Below are positions 27,787 to 40,717 of a stretch of 64,000 bases of DNA, piece by piece. Position numbers and translations under genes: made by a program. Position 1 is the stretch's first letter, and each line of letters begins with the position of its first letter. The stretch is from positions 108,996,001 to 109,060,000 of the forward strand of contig JBNRSN020000005.1 of NCBI GenBank assembly GCA_051313645.2, written 5' to 3'. The stretch is from Centroscyllium fabricii (Eukaryota). The notes below the pieces were generated by a model. The model worked only from the letters and a program-made list of their open reading frames with translations, was not told the origin of the DNA and ran no database searches.

Positions 27787-29239
27787 GGCTAGGTTCAGAT
27801 CGGCCATGTGATCTCCTGGACCAGTTTTCGATCGCCTAGATGGGTCGGAGAGGAATTTCCCAGATTGTTTCTCCCAAATTGGCGACTGGGTTTTTAATGT
27901 TTTTTCGCCTCTCCCGGGTGATCACATGGGTTTGGGCGGGGTGGAGAGTAAAAATAAAATTGAGGTTAGGATCAGATCAGCCATGATCTTGTTAAATGGC
28001 GGAGCAGGCTCGAGGGGCCGATTGGCCTACTCCTGCTCCTATTTCTTATGTTATGTTCTTATGTATGTGGAAATTAATTGGTGGAAGTAGATAAGGAACA
28101 TCAAATTTTTTCTGCGAATGTAGTAGCCTTCATGGCACGTTACTCCGCATTGTGACTTTCAGTTTTGCAACTTACAATACTAAAATGCAAGGTATTTTAT
28201 ATTTATAAACAACTAATGTTTCTCATGAAAACTACAACTTGTGCAATATATACTAGTTGAATCTCTAGATGTCAGTGATTAAAAGCAATCGAGATTTAGA
28301 GTACCCTCACTGTTTATTCAAAAAGTTAACAGAACTTTGATAGGACTGATTGAGAAAGGTATTAGGTTGAACTGATAAACTGGAGATTGTCAGGCTGACT
28401 TTAAAAAACAAACCACTCAGAATATGTGCAGAGATGTAGTCCCATTTGATGTTCTCAAGCATGTATTGTTAATAATGCTTGCTGAATACCTGGTTTTAAT
28501 ATCACATGGGCTTAACCCATTCAAATTGTAATAATAAAATGATCAAGAGATCGATTACTTTGACACTCACTTTACTTTGGTGAAAAAAATATATAATTTA
28601 AGGAAATATCTGGTGAACCACCAGTTTAAAACATACTCTATTTCTTGCCAATGTTCATCTTCAAACCACTAAGGTTTTAAGCAAGAAACAATTAGTATTT
28701 TAATGTATTACAGTACCCACAAACAATAAAATAATGAATCACAGTAAGAATACAATATTTCTAACCAACATATCTTTCAAAGATCAAGCCTTAAAAAAAG
28801 TATTTATCCAAGAAGAAACAATCCTGTTGAAAACAAAATTGCATGTAGAAAAAAGGGAAATAGATACACACTAGGATTGTGCACACGGCGAGTCATCACA
28901 TTCACATCAGTCTATGCTTTTACATACAGTTCATCTTCAAAAATGTATTGCAATTGCCAACAAACATACAAGTTCATATTCAATATACATTTTCTGAAAA
29001 GGGTTCCCTTTCAGTTCCACTACTGCATTTCCACAATTTCTTACCAATTTTTAGCCAGGACTCTCATCTCACTTTACTTGTGCTTTGAAAGGCAGGTTAA
29101 ACTGCTGTACAAGTACTTGAGAACAAATTGGTTCTCAATCACTTATTTAAAAGCTTAATCTGCCTCTCAAAGCACAAGTAACTCCCACTATTATAAAAAA
29201 AATCAAACTTGGCAGAGTTTACCTCCAGATTACAAAATA

Positions 29240-29771
29240 CAGGTACAGAATCCCTTATCCGAAACCCGTGGGACTGGATGGGATTTTTTGGTTTTCGGAT
29301 GGTGCCCAGTGCGCATGCGCAGATCACATGCGCATTGCCGTGTTGGCAGCCCAGTGCGCAGGCTGAAACGGGAGGAGATTGTGGGCTCGGGGAGGAATTG
29401 GATCCGTGGGTCCATTTTTTTACATTGGCAAGCTCGACTTCCTTGTTAATTTTACTTTTATCACTGGATTATATTGAATTGACTTTCAAAACGGGTCAGT
29501 TTTGGCGCAACTCAGGTTTTCGGAGCTTTTCGGATGTGCGGTTAAGGGATAGAAACATAGAAAATAGGAGCAAGAGTAGGCCATTCGGCCCCTCGAGCCT
29601 GCTCTGCCATTCGATGAGATCATGGCTGATCATCCAAACTCAGTACCCTGTACCTGCCTTCTCCCCATATCCCTTGATACCTTTATCTCTCAGAAATATA
29701 TCTAACTCTTTCTTGAATATATTTAATGACTTGGCCTCAACTACATTCTGTGGTAGAGAATTGTGTACCTG
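29240..29771 (+). mobile_element. MITE family A with a CR1 3' fragment inserted in its right TIR
   Basis: Left TIR CAGGTACAGAATCCCTTATCCG; right TIR split as cggttaagggat / ttgtgtacctg by about 29551-29760. Confidence 0.85.
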
Positions 29772-31119
29772 TACTCAGTTTAGTGTGAACTTTCAAACCA
29801 ACTGTACAATTTCACACCATATGTTTACAGGAAACCCCATCAGTAGTATGTCTCCCACACTGACGATGGGGAGAGATTGTTAATCTGTGAAGCCAAGTTG
29901 CAATTATACAAGCATGGTAGAACATTTGCATTTGGCTTACATTGAGCTTGGCATGTTGCATGTCTTTTAACTCGGTACATCTTTCAAATTACCTACTGTG
30001 ATTTCTATTCCCATGTGCACATAGCCCCTCCAATATGTAATGTAATAGAGTTTTCTGAAAGTTTTGTACTTTTCAATATTTTATCAACCAAGTTTGAATT
30101 TGGATATCATTGGTTTAAACAAGAACCTCCAATGGTGCTTTGAAGTGACTGGAAAAATATTTAGATACAGTGTGTTCATAGCTTTCAAATGTCACTGACA
30201 AGCATAACCCCTTTACTATATGCACAGCGCTCCATATCAGATTCGTAAGCACAGACTTCAATCTGGATGCATGGAATGCCTCAAACAAGAGCATTTCAGA
30301 ATACCTGTTTTAACAAAGCCCACCTGATCTGGAGGTATTCTGCTAGTACTTCTTCCAGTGTCTTTGCCATAATTTTTGCAAAATGTGTACACCTCCCGCA
30401 GACATGGGGGTCCATATCTGGTTACAAAAGCACAGAATGTTGCCTTGTTCAAATTCAGAAGCAAGATTTATTTTTACTCGCCTCATTATAGATTGTCAGA
30501 AGACTTGGAGCAACACTTTCTGATAAGGGCAATTAAATTAAGATTTCCCACAACAACAACAGGGGCCCTGGCCAAAGAACAGATTAAATGGGCCTTCACT
30601 GTCTCAGATAAGATTATAATTTTTCCAATGTGTTCTTACTCTCCAAGACACAGAGGGAGAGTAATTGAGTCAAGCAAGTTATTTAGTTACTTTATTCTTG
30701 GAAAGCGTTGTAAGGAACACAGGGCTTCGTAAACACCACTTCAACGGATTTTATCATTGTGGAGTCCACTTAAAAAGTTTTCTAGCAGACTGAACTATAT
30801 TCTTAATAAAATTATTAATCTAGCTTTTCTAAATTATCAGATTTGTTCCCATTTTTGTAATTTCTAGTTCTCATCTTATATAGAGTTGCTCCACTTGATC
30901 CAAAGAGATCAAGTTCTTTTTGTACATTAGCCTGAAGCAGCACAGACTGATCTTTGATCTTTACCCTGGAGACTTTGATTTGTACTTTTTGTCAACAAAT
31001 GTAGGATAGGCAAACAGAAAGGAGGACTATTCAAGGCCTTTGGAGGATATGGACAGGTTGGCAGATGAGAGAGAGAATACACTTTTGGAAACAAAATGAG
31101 GAATGGGGTATAAACTCAA

Positions 31120-31736
31120 ACAGAACTCATTGGAGTTCAGAAGAATGAGAGGCAATCTTATTGAAACATAAGATTGTGAGAGGGTTTGATCGGGTGGATG
31201 CGGTGAGGATGTTCCCAATGGTGGGTGAAAGTAGGACAAGCGGGCATAATCTTAAACTAAGGGGCTGCCATTTCAAAACGGAGATGAGGAAAAACTTCTT
31301 CACTCAGAGGGTGGTGGGGCTGCGGAATTTGCTGCCCCAGAGAGCAGTGGAAGCTACTACATTAAATAAATTTAAAACAGAGATAGACAGTTTCCTGGAA
31401 GTAAAGGGAATTAGGGGTTATGGTGAGTGGGCAGGTAAGTGGATGTAAGGCTAGGTTCAGATCGGCCATGGGATCGCCTGGATCAGTTTTCGATCGCCTA
31501 GATGGGTCGGAGAGGAATTTCCCAGATTTTTTCTCCCAAATTGGCCACTGAGTTTTTTTATCTGGTTTTTCGCCTCTCCCGGGTGATCACATGGGTTCGG
31601 GCAGGATGGAGAGTAAAAGTAAAATTGAGGTTTGGATCAGATCAGCCATGATCTTGTTGAATGGCAGGGCGGGCTCGAGGGGCCGATTGGCCTACTCCTG
31701 CTCCTATTTCTTATGTCCTATGTTCTTATGTTCTTA
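31120..31736 (+). mobile_element. 5'-truncated CR1, 3' end of the same family as 23530-28064
   Basis: NFFTQRVVGL...KGIRGYGE and a near-identical 3' UTR. Confidence 0.9.
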
Positions 31737-33449
31737 TAGAACAATGCTGAAGGGTAGAGGAACAGAGGCAATTTGGGATGCAACTACACAATTCCATGAA
31801 AGGGTCTTTGGGTTTTACGAAAAGGAGCATAGAGTCGAACAACAAAAAGGTAATGATAACTTCATACAACGCAATCGTTAGGCCACAGTTCTAGATTGCG
31901 TGTATGCATGGGTGCCCCATTATAAAAAAGAATAGTGAAGTCATGGTGAGCATACATGTAGATTCACCAGGATAATACAAGGATGGGAAACTATAATGAG
32001 GAAAAACTCAAGACACCGTGACTACTTCCAAAATAGTAGAAAAGACCAAGAGAATATTTAAAATGATCATGGGGAGGGGTCAGGAGACTTTTTGTTATGC
32101 AGAGTGGTTAGAGCATGGAATGCTTTGCCACATGGAGCAGTTAAGGGAGATACTATTACATCTTTTAAAAGGAAGAGTCAGTAAACATTTGGAGCAGAGG
32201 AATATACAGGTCTGTGGAGAAGAGAGCAAGGCAGTGGGATTAGTTTTGGATTGCTCCAGCAAAGAGGTGGGACATACATGGGCCAAATAGCCTCCTTCTG
32301 TGGAGTAAATTTTTACAGTTCTATGGAGCAGGCATTTACATAGCACAAGTTCCTTACTGGTGACGACAACAAAATACTGCAGATGCTGGAAATCCGACTC
32401 TTATTTCTCTCTTCACGGATGTTGCCTGAACTGCTGAGTTTTTCCAGCATTTTCTGTTGCTATTCCTTACTGGTGAATTGGATTTTATTTTGTGTACCAA
32501 AATTATCTTTGGCCGAGCTAGCAAATTGTCTTCCATCAGATTACGCTCCTTTACAAAAGAGATTGGGGATACCAAGAATTGTCCCTTCACACCTTCTCAA
32601 AAAATCGCAGGAAGACCCCTCCCATCAAAGTCCAACAGTAAACTCTCACTGCACATCATTAACTAGTTTTGTTTGAAGGAGATTTATACTTCATTAAGAT
32701 TAGCTACAAGTACTGAATCCTACAGAGAATACTTCACACAATAAAATATCTCTCTCCTCCACCTCACTACCATTCCACCCCATCTTATTTAGGTCCCCTA
32801 CTCCACACCATTACCTGGCACACAGCAGGTAACCTGCTCCCAGCTGTAGGGATGCCTAGCTGTTTTCTTGCCTCCAATAAGTACTTCACCCTCAACAGTC
32901 TGAGACTATAGACTGCTCAGATGGTAAACGGCAGGGAGGAGCTGCATCCTGCACTCCTATGGCATAGCACATTGGTAACCCAACATTTTAGACCACCAAA
33001 CCACCTTTTCTAACACAATTCTGAATGTTATAAATTAGAAACCGCTCTTATAATACTGTAGGGTTGTCATGAGTTATCAGATCCAATTCTGATTTATGAA
33101 ATGTGACCACAGAACATTATGGAGTACTAACACTTTAAACTATGGTTTTGAACATTCACAGCAGTAACTGACAAAGCTAAAGGGTGCTCGCATTCCATTG
33201 TTGTATTCATTACACCAATATGGAATTTAATTTTTTCAGTTAACATGCTAAAAGTACATGGCACCCTTAAGTAACAATATTCCAATGTGTGCCATTTAAA
33301 TGTATGAATTTATGGACAATGTAATTCCAGTTTCTGAACAGTATGCCATTGCAATGTTTCCTTTTGCCAACTACCCTGTATGCCAATAAATACAGGGTAG
33401 TTGTATTTTACTCAGCCCTTTTACAGAATGCGTGGAATTAGAATCCTTT

Positions 33450-34330
33450 TCTTGGGAACACAGGAACAGAAATATGCCATTCAGCACCTCGGGCCCACTC
33501 TGCCATTCTATCAGATGGTGGCTGATCTGCATTTCAACTCTATTTTCCTGCCATTGCTCCATATCCCTTGATACACTCACTGAACAAAATCTATTTATCT
33601 CAGTCTTGAAATTGTCTCCTAGCATCCACAGTCTTTTGGTGTGGTGGGGGGGGGCGAAGAAAGCGTTCCAAATTTCTACTATTCTTTGTGTGAAAAAGCA
33701 TTTCCTGATTTTACTCCAGAATGGTCCAGTTCTAGTTTTAAGATTATGTCCCCTTGCTCTCGATTCCCCCCTAGAGGAAATAATTTCTCTGTATCTACCT
33801 TATTGAATCAGTTTTAAAATTTGAAACACCTCAATCAGATCACTCCTCAATCTCCTATACTCAAGGGAATAAAATCTAAATTTATGCAACCTGTCCTCGT
33901 AACTTAACCCTCGAAGCCCATCATTCTGCACTGCACCCGAGGCCAATATTTCCTTCTTGAGGTGTGGTGCCCAAAACTGAACACAGTACTCCAGATGGGG
34001 TTTAACCAAGGCCCTATACAAATGAAGCATAACATCTTCACCTTGCATTCCAGGCCACTTGAGATAAAGGCCAACATACCATTGGCCTTTTTGATTGCAT
34101 TTTTTTACCCATCTACTGGCTTTTAATGATTTGTGTATTAGGTCTCCCAAATCTCTCTGCTCCTCTACAGTTCCCAGTTTCTCAGCATGTAGAAAATACT
34201 CAATTATCTTTCCTGGTTCCAAAATGGATGACCTCAATTGCCGACATTGAACTACATTTGCCAGTTTTGTCCACTCACTTAATCTGTCGATGTCCATTTG
34301 CAACTTCCTGCTCCATCTGCACTACATTCT
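33450..34330 (-). mobile_element. CR1 3' fragment
   Basis: [23 protein letters not shown] in ORF 33800..34303. Confidence 0.88.
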
Positions 34331-34445
34331 GTCCCTTCTCAATTTTATTTTCCTTCTTCAAAAAACTTAATTCAGTGTGCCAGCCTATTTCTTCAAATTT
34401 ATAAATTCCCTTCTCCGCTAAAGAATGGATTAATGATTCACCTAC

Positions 34446-34537
34446 CATGCATCTGCAAATGATCCTCCTTCTCCACTCAATGGGGCCTCCATTAGCAACT
34501 CAAAAAGCCAATGGAGTTTACGAGGGTCTCTGCTCTC
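34446..34537 (-). CDS. PSME4: PSME4 coding exon ([30 protein letters not shown])
   Basis: Manual translation; ttcacag acceptor, gtaggt donor; 92 nt. Confidence 0.95.
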
Positions 34538-35089
34538 CTGTGAAAATAAAATGAAGTGATTGTTTTTTCAGAATGCAATTCTCCGGTCCTCTCTCTTTTG
34601 ATTGTATTATTTCCGGTGTACTATCGATCAATGTAAAAGTAAATACAGTAGTTAATCTTAAAACTTTGAGTTATATTAAAGCTATTCTAATTTGAGGGAC
34701 AAAGGAAGAGACAGTTATGCAGATAGGACTGGAAGAAAGAGGGTGGGGGGAGGTTCGTGTGGAGCATAAACACTGACATAGACCAGTTGGGTCAAATGGC
34801 TTATTTCTGTGCTGTAAATTCTATGCAATATTGTCTTATGGATTTGCTGTTTTGTACATATTATTTCCACTTAGTCTGTTTATAATGCTTATTTTCATTA
34901 GAACTCTTTAAATGATAAATTTAATGGAAAATAGCAGTGCAAGTTAAAGGAGGATGGATATACATTTTGGACTAGCATGAATTACAGAAAGTGAGAAAGA
35001 TTATACAAGCATAAGATGACAATATAGAGTGAATACCTCTTCTTTGGCCAATCATTTTAAATGGATTGATTTTGAGTAGTTTTGATATA

Positions 35090-35613
35090 CAGGTTGTGCA
35101 CCATTAATCCGCCACGGGCGGGACCAGGCCCGTGCCGGGAAACAGAAAAAACCGGGAGAACGAGGTTGGACACTGCGCAAGCGCACCATTCAAAATGGCC
35201 TCGCGCATAACATTGTGATTGGCTGGCGCGCGCATGCGCAGATCGGGCACGGGTCCGCGTTCCCTCTCCATCGCCTTTCGGGTTGCTGCTGCCGCCGAGC
35301 CGGACTCAGGCTGACAGCTGTTGCCTAGTGACTGTCCGCCTCAGTCACGGGGCTCAGCTGTGGGAAAATAACCGGCGGCCGTATTGAATTATCTGCGCAT
35401 GCGCTAACCGTCCGGCGACGCATGCGCAGATCATTCAAAACACCCGCAGCTGTTTTGAATGGTCTGCGCATGCGCTCGGCGCACGCGCAGATCATTCGCT
35501 GAAGCCACGATGGCGGCTGCCATCTTGCGCATGCGCAGTGCAGTCGGGGCAATTTGTGCCGGCAGACTGAAGCTGCCGGCTATTCGGGACACGGATTTTC
35601 GGTGCACAACCTG
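35090..35613 (+). mobile_element. Tc1/mariner-type MITE, family B
   Basis: TA|CAGGTTGTGCACC...GGTGCACAACCTG|TA. Confidence 0.9.
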
Positions 35614-35723
35614 TACCATATTTTTGGTAGGCTAAAAATAGGTCTCTTCCCCATCCCCCCCAAATCAAAAAGTCAAGGCAAGATTAAATTGCAGTCTAGA
35701 AAGGAATATCTGGAGTGTTAATA

Positions 35724-36355
35724 CAGGTTGAGCACCGTTAATCCGGCACGGTTGGGACTAGGCCCGTGCTGGAAAAGTGAAAACTCCGAACGATTGAAGC
35801 TTCGGCGGCGCATACGCAGAGCATTCAAGATGGCCACCGCAAAATTTAAAATGGTCTGCGCATGCGCTCGCCAGTACCTGGGAGGTGATTTTCGGCCCAA
35901 GGGTCGGGTGGAACTCAAGACGCACTTGATTCTGCTGCCCATGGCGGATCAGGGAGCGGGCTGCACGGCTCCAGCAGGCCTGAGGCCCAATGTGCAGCTC
36001 AAACCTGGCTCACGTGATGCCACCGCACGCCAGCTTTGGAACGCGGTGACGTCAGCACGCAGCCAGGCAGGAGCCTCCGGCAGCGATGGCGGAGCCAGGC
36101 ACCGAGTTTTGGCTGTACCGCGCCCTGCGAAAGGCGGCTGGCACAACAGCTCATCTTCTGGGCCTGGGATTCACATCGGCATCGGGGTGGTCACTGAGCC
36201 GGGATCCAGTGAGTATCTGTTAGGTGAAAGGGAAGCCCAGCCCCTACGGCGGCCATTTTAAATGGTCTGCGCATGTGCCGGGCAGTCGGAGAAAACTATG
36301 CCGGACGTCTGAAGCTGCCGGTATTTAGGGTAATGGATTAACGGTGCTCAACCTG
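35724..36355 (+). mobile_element. MITE family B variant
   Basis: TA|CAGGTTGAGCACCGTTAATCC...GGATTAACGGTGCTCAACCTG|TA; GC-rich interior. Confidence 0.9.
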
Positions 36356-36534
36356 TATATGAATTATTTTTCTTAATTTACAAATTAGGAGCAAACACAA
36401 AACACCAGAGTATAATTGATAATCAGAGTGTATGTAGTCCCAAGTTGGTGTTTAACAGTAGGTTGCTGAACACAAGCACAAGACCAAAAGTAGCCAGGGA
36501 TTACACATTCCACTTCAAAGTACACACAGGTGTA

Positions 36535-37045
36535 AGGCTGGCTCAGTGGTTGCAATTTTGCCTTGGAGTCAGAAGGCATTCAAGCCCCGCTCCAGGGCTT
36601 TAGCACATAATCTAAGTAGGGCAGTGTTAAGATGAACCCAAAACGTCGACTCTATATTTCTCTCCACGGATGTTGCCAGACCTGCTGAGTTTTTCCAGCA
36701 TTTTCTGTGTTATTTAGGGCAGTGTTAAGATGCTGTTGTTCAGATTAGATGTTAAACCATGGCCGCTTGTCTGTTCAGGGGAATGTAAACGATCCCATGG
36801 TACTTCTTTTTAAAGAAGAGCAGAGTATTCGCCTGGTATCCTGACCAACATTCATCCCACAAACACCATCAAAAGCAAAATGGCTAGTTTTTCATCTCAT
36901 TGTTTGTGGGACCTTGCTGCGTGTGAATTGGTTGCTCGATTTTCTTAGAAAACAAATTATATTTCAAAAGTCATTCCTTGGCTGTGAAATACTTTGGAAT
37001 GTTCTGAGGCTATGAAAGACACTAAATAAATGCCAGTCTTTCTTT
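36535..37045 (+). mobile_element. Older Deu-type SINE copy
   Basis: Colinear similarity to the 53352 copy; ends approximate. Confidence 0.72.
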
Positions 37046-37544
37046 TCAACTCAGTCTTTGCAAAATACAGAAAACTTTGACAATGCATTTTTTTTAAATG
37101 ACCACCTTAAACTAAGAATCCATATAAAAGCATCCCCTTTGTTTCAAAATTAATGTTAAACAAAATTCTCAAATATTTGCATAAAACACAATGGGGAACA
37201 ATGTTATTTCACAGTTATGAAAACCTAATTAATTATTGAGTAAAGTCAATACGTTTATTTACAGGTCTTGCTCGCACATGGAATTAATGTCAGAACACAC
37301 ATCACTTTTGCCATATTTTATAAAGCTACAATGCTTTACCCTTTCCAACAAGATTTATTTCAGCACACATCTAAGCATTAAGTAGTCCACGCAGTTGTAT
37401 TTTAGAATGACTTGACTGTATAGTTTATTTATTTAACACTTAAATGAGGTAATGATTTGGATTTTACATCAAAGGCAAATGTTAAATTCAAAAGGTAAGC
37501 AAGTATTGTGCAGTTCAGGTAAATATTTAGTCCATTTTACTTAC

Positions 37545-37649
37545 ACAAGCTGTGGCAATGCATGTTCCCCAGTCACTGTAGGTCTCCACGGTGATGTTGG
37601 ACAAGGCAGTTCTCAGAAGGGGACAGAGAATCTCCCACAGCTGCTCCAC
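37545..37649 (-). CDS. PSME4: PSME4 coding exon ([35 protein letters not shown])
   Basis: Manual translation; ttatag acceptor, gtaagt donor; 105 nt. Confidence 0.95.
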
Positions 37650-37989
37650 CTATAATCACAAAAAATAATCAACTCTCGTTCAAAGGACTGAACAATAATG
37701 TAAAAAAAAGTCTGCATTCCAGCTACAGGAATATTGCAAATCAAGACTGGACAGCATAAAATTAAATTTCAGTTTTTCCATCCTTAGCTACACAGTCCCC
37801 ACCACTTAAACTGCCCACATTTGTTGATCGCCATAAAATGTACATTCAACACTATTCAAAACTCATCATTTATTCATTTAAAATGGTTCTGAATAGGAGT
37901 TGCATTAAAGATTCAAGCCAGTGTATTAAGAGGTATGTAGTACCAAGTTGGTTTAAATTAAAATGAATCATTCTGACTGTCCTGTCTCA

Positions 37990-38800
37990 TAGAATCATAG
38001 ACAGTTAAGGCACAGAAGGACGCCATTCCACCCATCATGTCTGTGCCGACCGAAAAAGAGCTTTACAGCCTAATCCCACTTTTCAGCTCTTCATCGTAGA
38101 CTTGTAGGTTACAACACGGTTATAGCACTTGCACAGCCAAGTACTTTTTAAATGTGATGCGGGTTTCTGCCTCTACCACCCTTTCAGGCAATGAGTTCCC
38201 CTCTGGGTGAAAGAAAGTTCTCCTCAAATCCCCTCTAATCCTTCTACCAATTACATTAAATCTGTGCCCCCTGGTTATTAATCTCTCCGCTAGAGGAAAC
38301 AGGTCCTTCCTATCCACTCTATCTAGGCCCCTCATAATTTTATACACCTCAATCAGCCTCCTCTGTTCCAAAGAAAACAACCCCAGCCTCTCCAATCTTT
38401 CCTCATAGGTAAAATTCTCCAGTCCTGGCTACATCCTTGTAAATCTCCTCTGTACCCTCTCTAGTGCAATCACATCTTTCCTGTAATGTGGTGACCAGAA
38501 CTGTACACAGTACTCTAGCTGTGGCTAAACTAGTGTTTATACAGTTCAAGAATAACCTCCCTGCTCCTATATTTTATGCCTCGGCGAATAAAGGAAGGTA
38601 TTCTGTATGCTTTCTTAACCACCTTATCAACATGTCCTCCTACCTTCAGGGATCTGTGGACAGGCTGTCCAAGGTCCCTCTGTTCCTCTATTCTTCTCAG
38701 TATCCAACCATTTTTATGTATTCCCTTGTTAGCCCTCCCCAAATGCATTACCTCTCACTTCTCAGGATTGAATTCCATTTGCCACTTTTCTGCCCACCTG
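37990..38800 (-). mobile_element. CR1 3' fragment
   Basis: LGLFSLEQRRL and EQRDLG motifs; tail gattctatga on the minus strand. Confidence 0.88.
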
Positions 38801-38903
38801 AATACTGGCAATTTAATTCTGCATGAACATGTATGTAAACATTCCCCCCCACCTCAAACCAAATTATTGTATAGAGCATAAAACCTAAAACCAATGGTAT
38901 TAC

Positions 38904-39056
38904 CTTTTCATATGTCCAGTGCTTACAACCTCGGATTAATCCAGCAATGATTTCAGCTACACAGCGCTGAGTGCTTTCATGAGAATCGGAGACAAGACGT
39001 TCCATATGTGGTTTTAACACCGTTAAAAAGGCTGTATCAAAATTCCTGAACAAACC
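38904..39056 (-). CDS. PSME4: PSME4 coding exon ([11 protein letters not shown]...[13 protein letters not shown])
   Basis: Overlaps ORF 38748..39053; gtag acceptor, gtaata donor; 153 nt. Confidence 0.95.
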
Positions 39057-40717
39057 CTACCATGAAAGCAGTGAACAGAAATAGATCAATAACATTCAAA
39101 ACACAAAACAAATCTGTTAAAATTTATCATGAATTTAGTTCATGCAAAAAATCAAACAAATAGTTAACAAATGCAATCATAGTCCTTTTGGTTGAGCTTC
39201 CAAGAAATGTACTGCAATGTACAAGGAAGGATCTTGCGCCATTTTCTCTCTTCCTCCTACCCAGCCACAGCCAGCAAACTTGCCACTTACCCCAAATGGG
39301 AAGCCACAGTATAAACGTCAGTTAAGACTAGGAATTCAACCTTTAAGTTGCTAGTTGAAAATCCAGAATGTGTTATTGGGCTGAACTGCTGTTTTTTTTT
39401 AAATTACCCTTCGTAAAATCATATGGAAAATGGATTTTACTCACATTACTGCACATTGGCAAATTAATTCTTTAGTTCAAATTTGGAAGCCAAAGAAGCT
39501 TTAGGGCTGTTGAAAATAACAGATGACTAATTCTTCCCCTCATGTTGGGATATAGTTCCACAGGACATTACAGCACTCCAGTACCGCTCCAAAATGGACA
39601 TATTTTAGGCAAGAGCCTGAACATTCAGAATCAATGGGCATTTTGATTGTGTGGGGGATGTTACAAATGGAAATCACAGCCAGACCAGATGAAAACTATT
39701 GCTGTCTTGAAAGAATAGCTGTATAGAAGCAACTACTACAACAAATGATTTTAGCAGGTCGATAGTACAAGTCTAAGGAGGTACACGCCACTAATATTAC
39801 AACACTGGGAATATACTGTTGAATTCTGGTTACATTTTCATAGTTTAAACCGAAAAGCGAATGGAAATGGTTCAAGAATGGGAAGAAGAATGATCTGAAG
39901 CTAGTCATTGGAAAAAAGGAAAGAGTGGAAAAAACATCCGTTTTCAAAATGATGAAGCAATTGGTGTGAGCATTTGTGCTGAAGCAGAAGAGAGGGCATG
40001 GTGAGGCAAACATAGCTTAAAGACTCCTAATTCAGATTAAGATTTGTTAACTTATGGAATACGCTGCCACCTAGTGCAGTGAACACAGACAGACATGCAG
40101 AACACAAAACTAGATTCAACAAGTAGAAGGGATGAAGGCTTTGCATGACAGCAAGGAGGACATGAGGTGGTGTGAATAGGTTTTGCATATACATCTTATG
40201 ACAAAGCAGAAAAATAAAAAAAGAAACCACCTTGTATGGTGATTTTCATTTCACAATAGGAAGCATCCACCTCACACTCACTGAAGTTAAACCAGGCTGG
40301 TGTGCATAGATGGTATATGCCACATGGAGTAACCTTCATATCTTTATCAAACATTGCTCTTTGGATTTGACACCCATGGATGATTATGTTTTGGCAGAAC
40401 TGTTCCAGCAGCAGGGATCTCTGAACCCTCGCAAAGGCCTTCCTGCTGACTTTATCACCAACGGTTTGTGGAGGATGTTGAATGAGGAAAAAAAGCTTCT
40501 CTGCTCTACAGCCAGAAACCATTTCCCCCATCATAAAAATGCAGAACTAACCACGATCAGGGCAATTCCTGATTATAGATAATCAAAGTCAAAAATTTAA
40601 ACATACTGCTAGCATGTAATTTGAACAGTGGTCCAAAGGACTTCTGAATGTAACCGCTTTTTCATACAAAATCAAATTTAAAATAGATGAACAGTAAAGA
40701 GGAGAATAAGCAGAGTT

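Larger units (their letters stand above)
23530..28064 (+). mobile_element. Near full-length CR1-clade LINE, disabled
   Basis: ORF1 with Cys motif/coiled coil plus SGNH esterase; ORF2 with AP endonuclease and RT; 3' UTR ending in (ttcttatg)-like repeats; 5' boundary approximate. Confidence 0.95.

Noticed and set aside
29209-29883. 224-aa ORF
   Set aside because: Chance read-through across a MITE and an antisense CR1 tail
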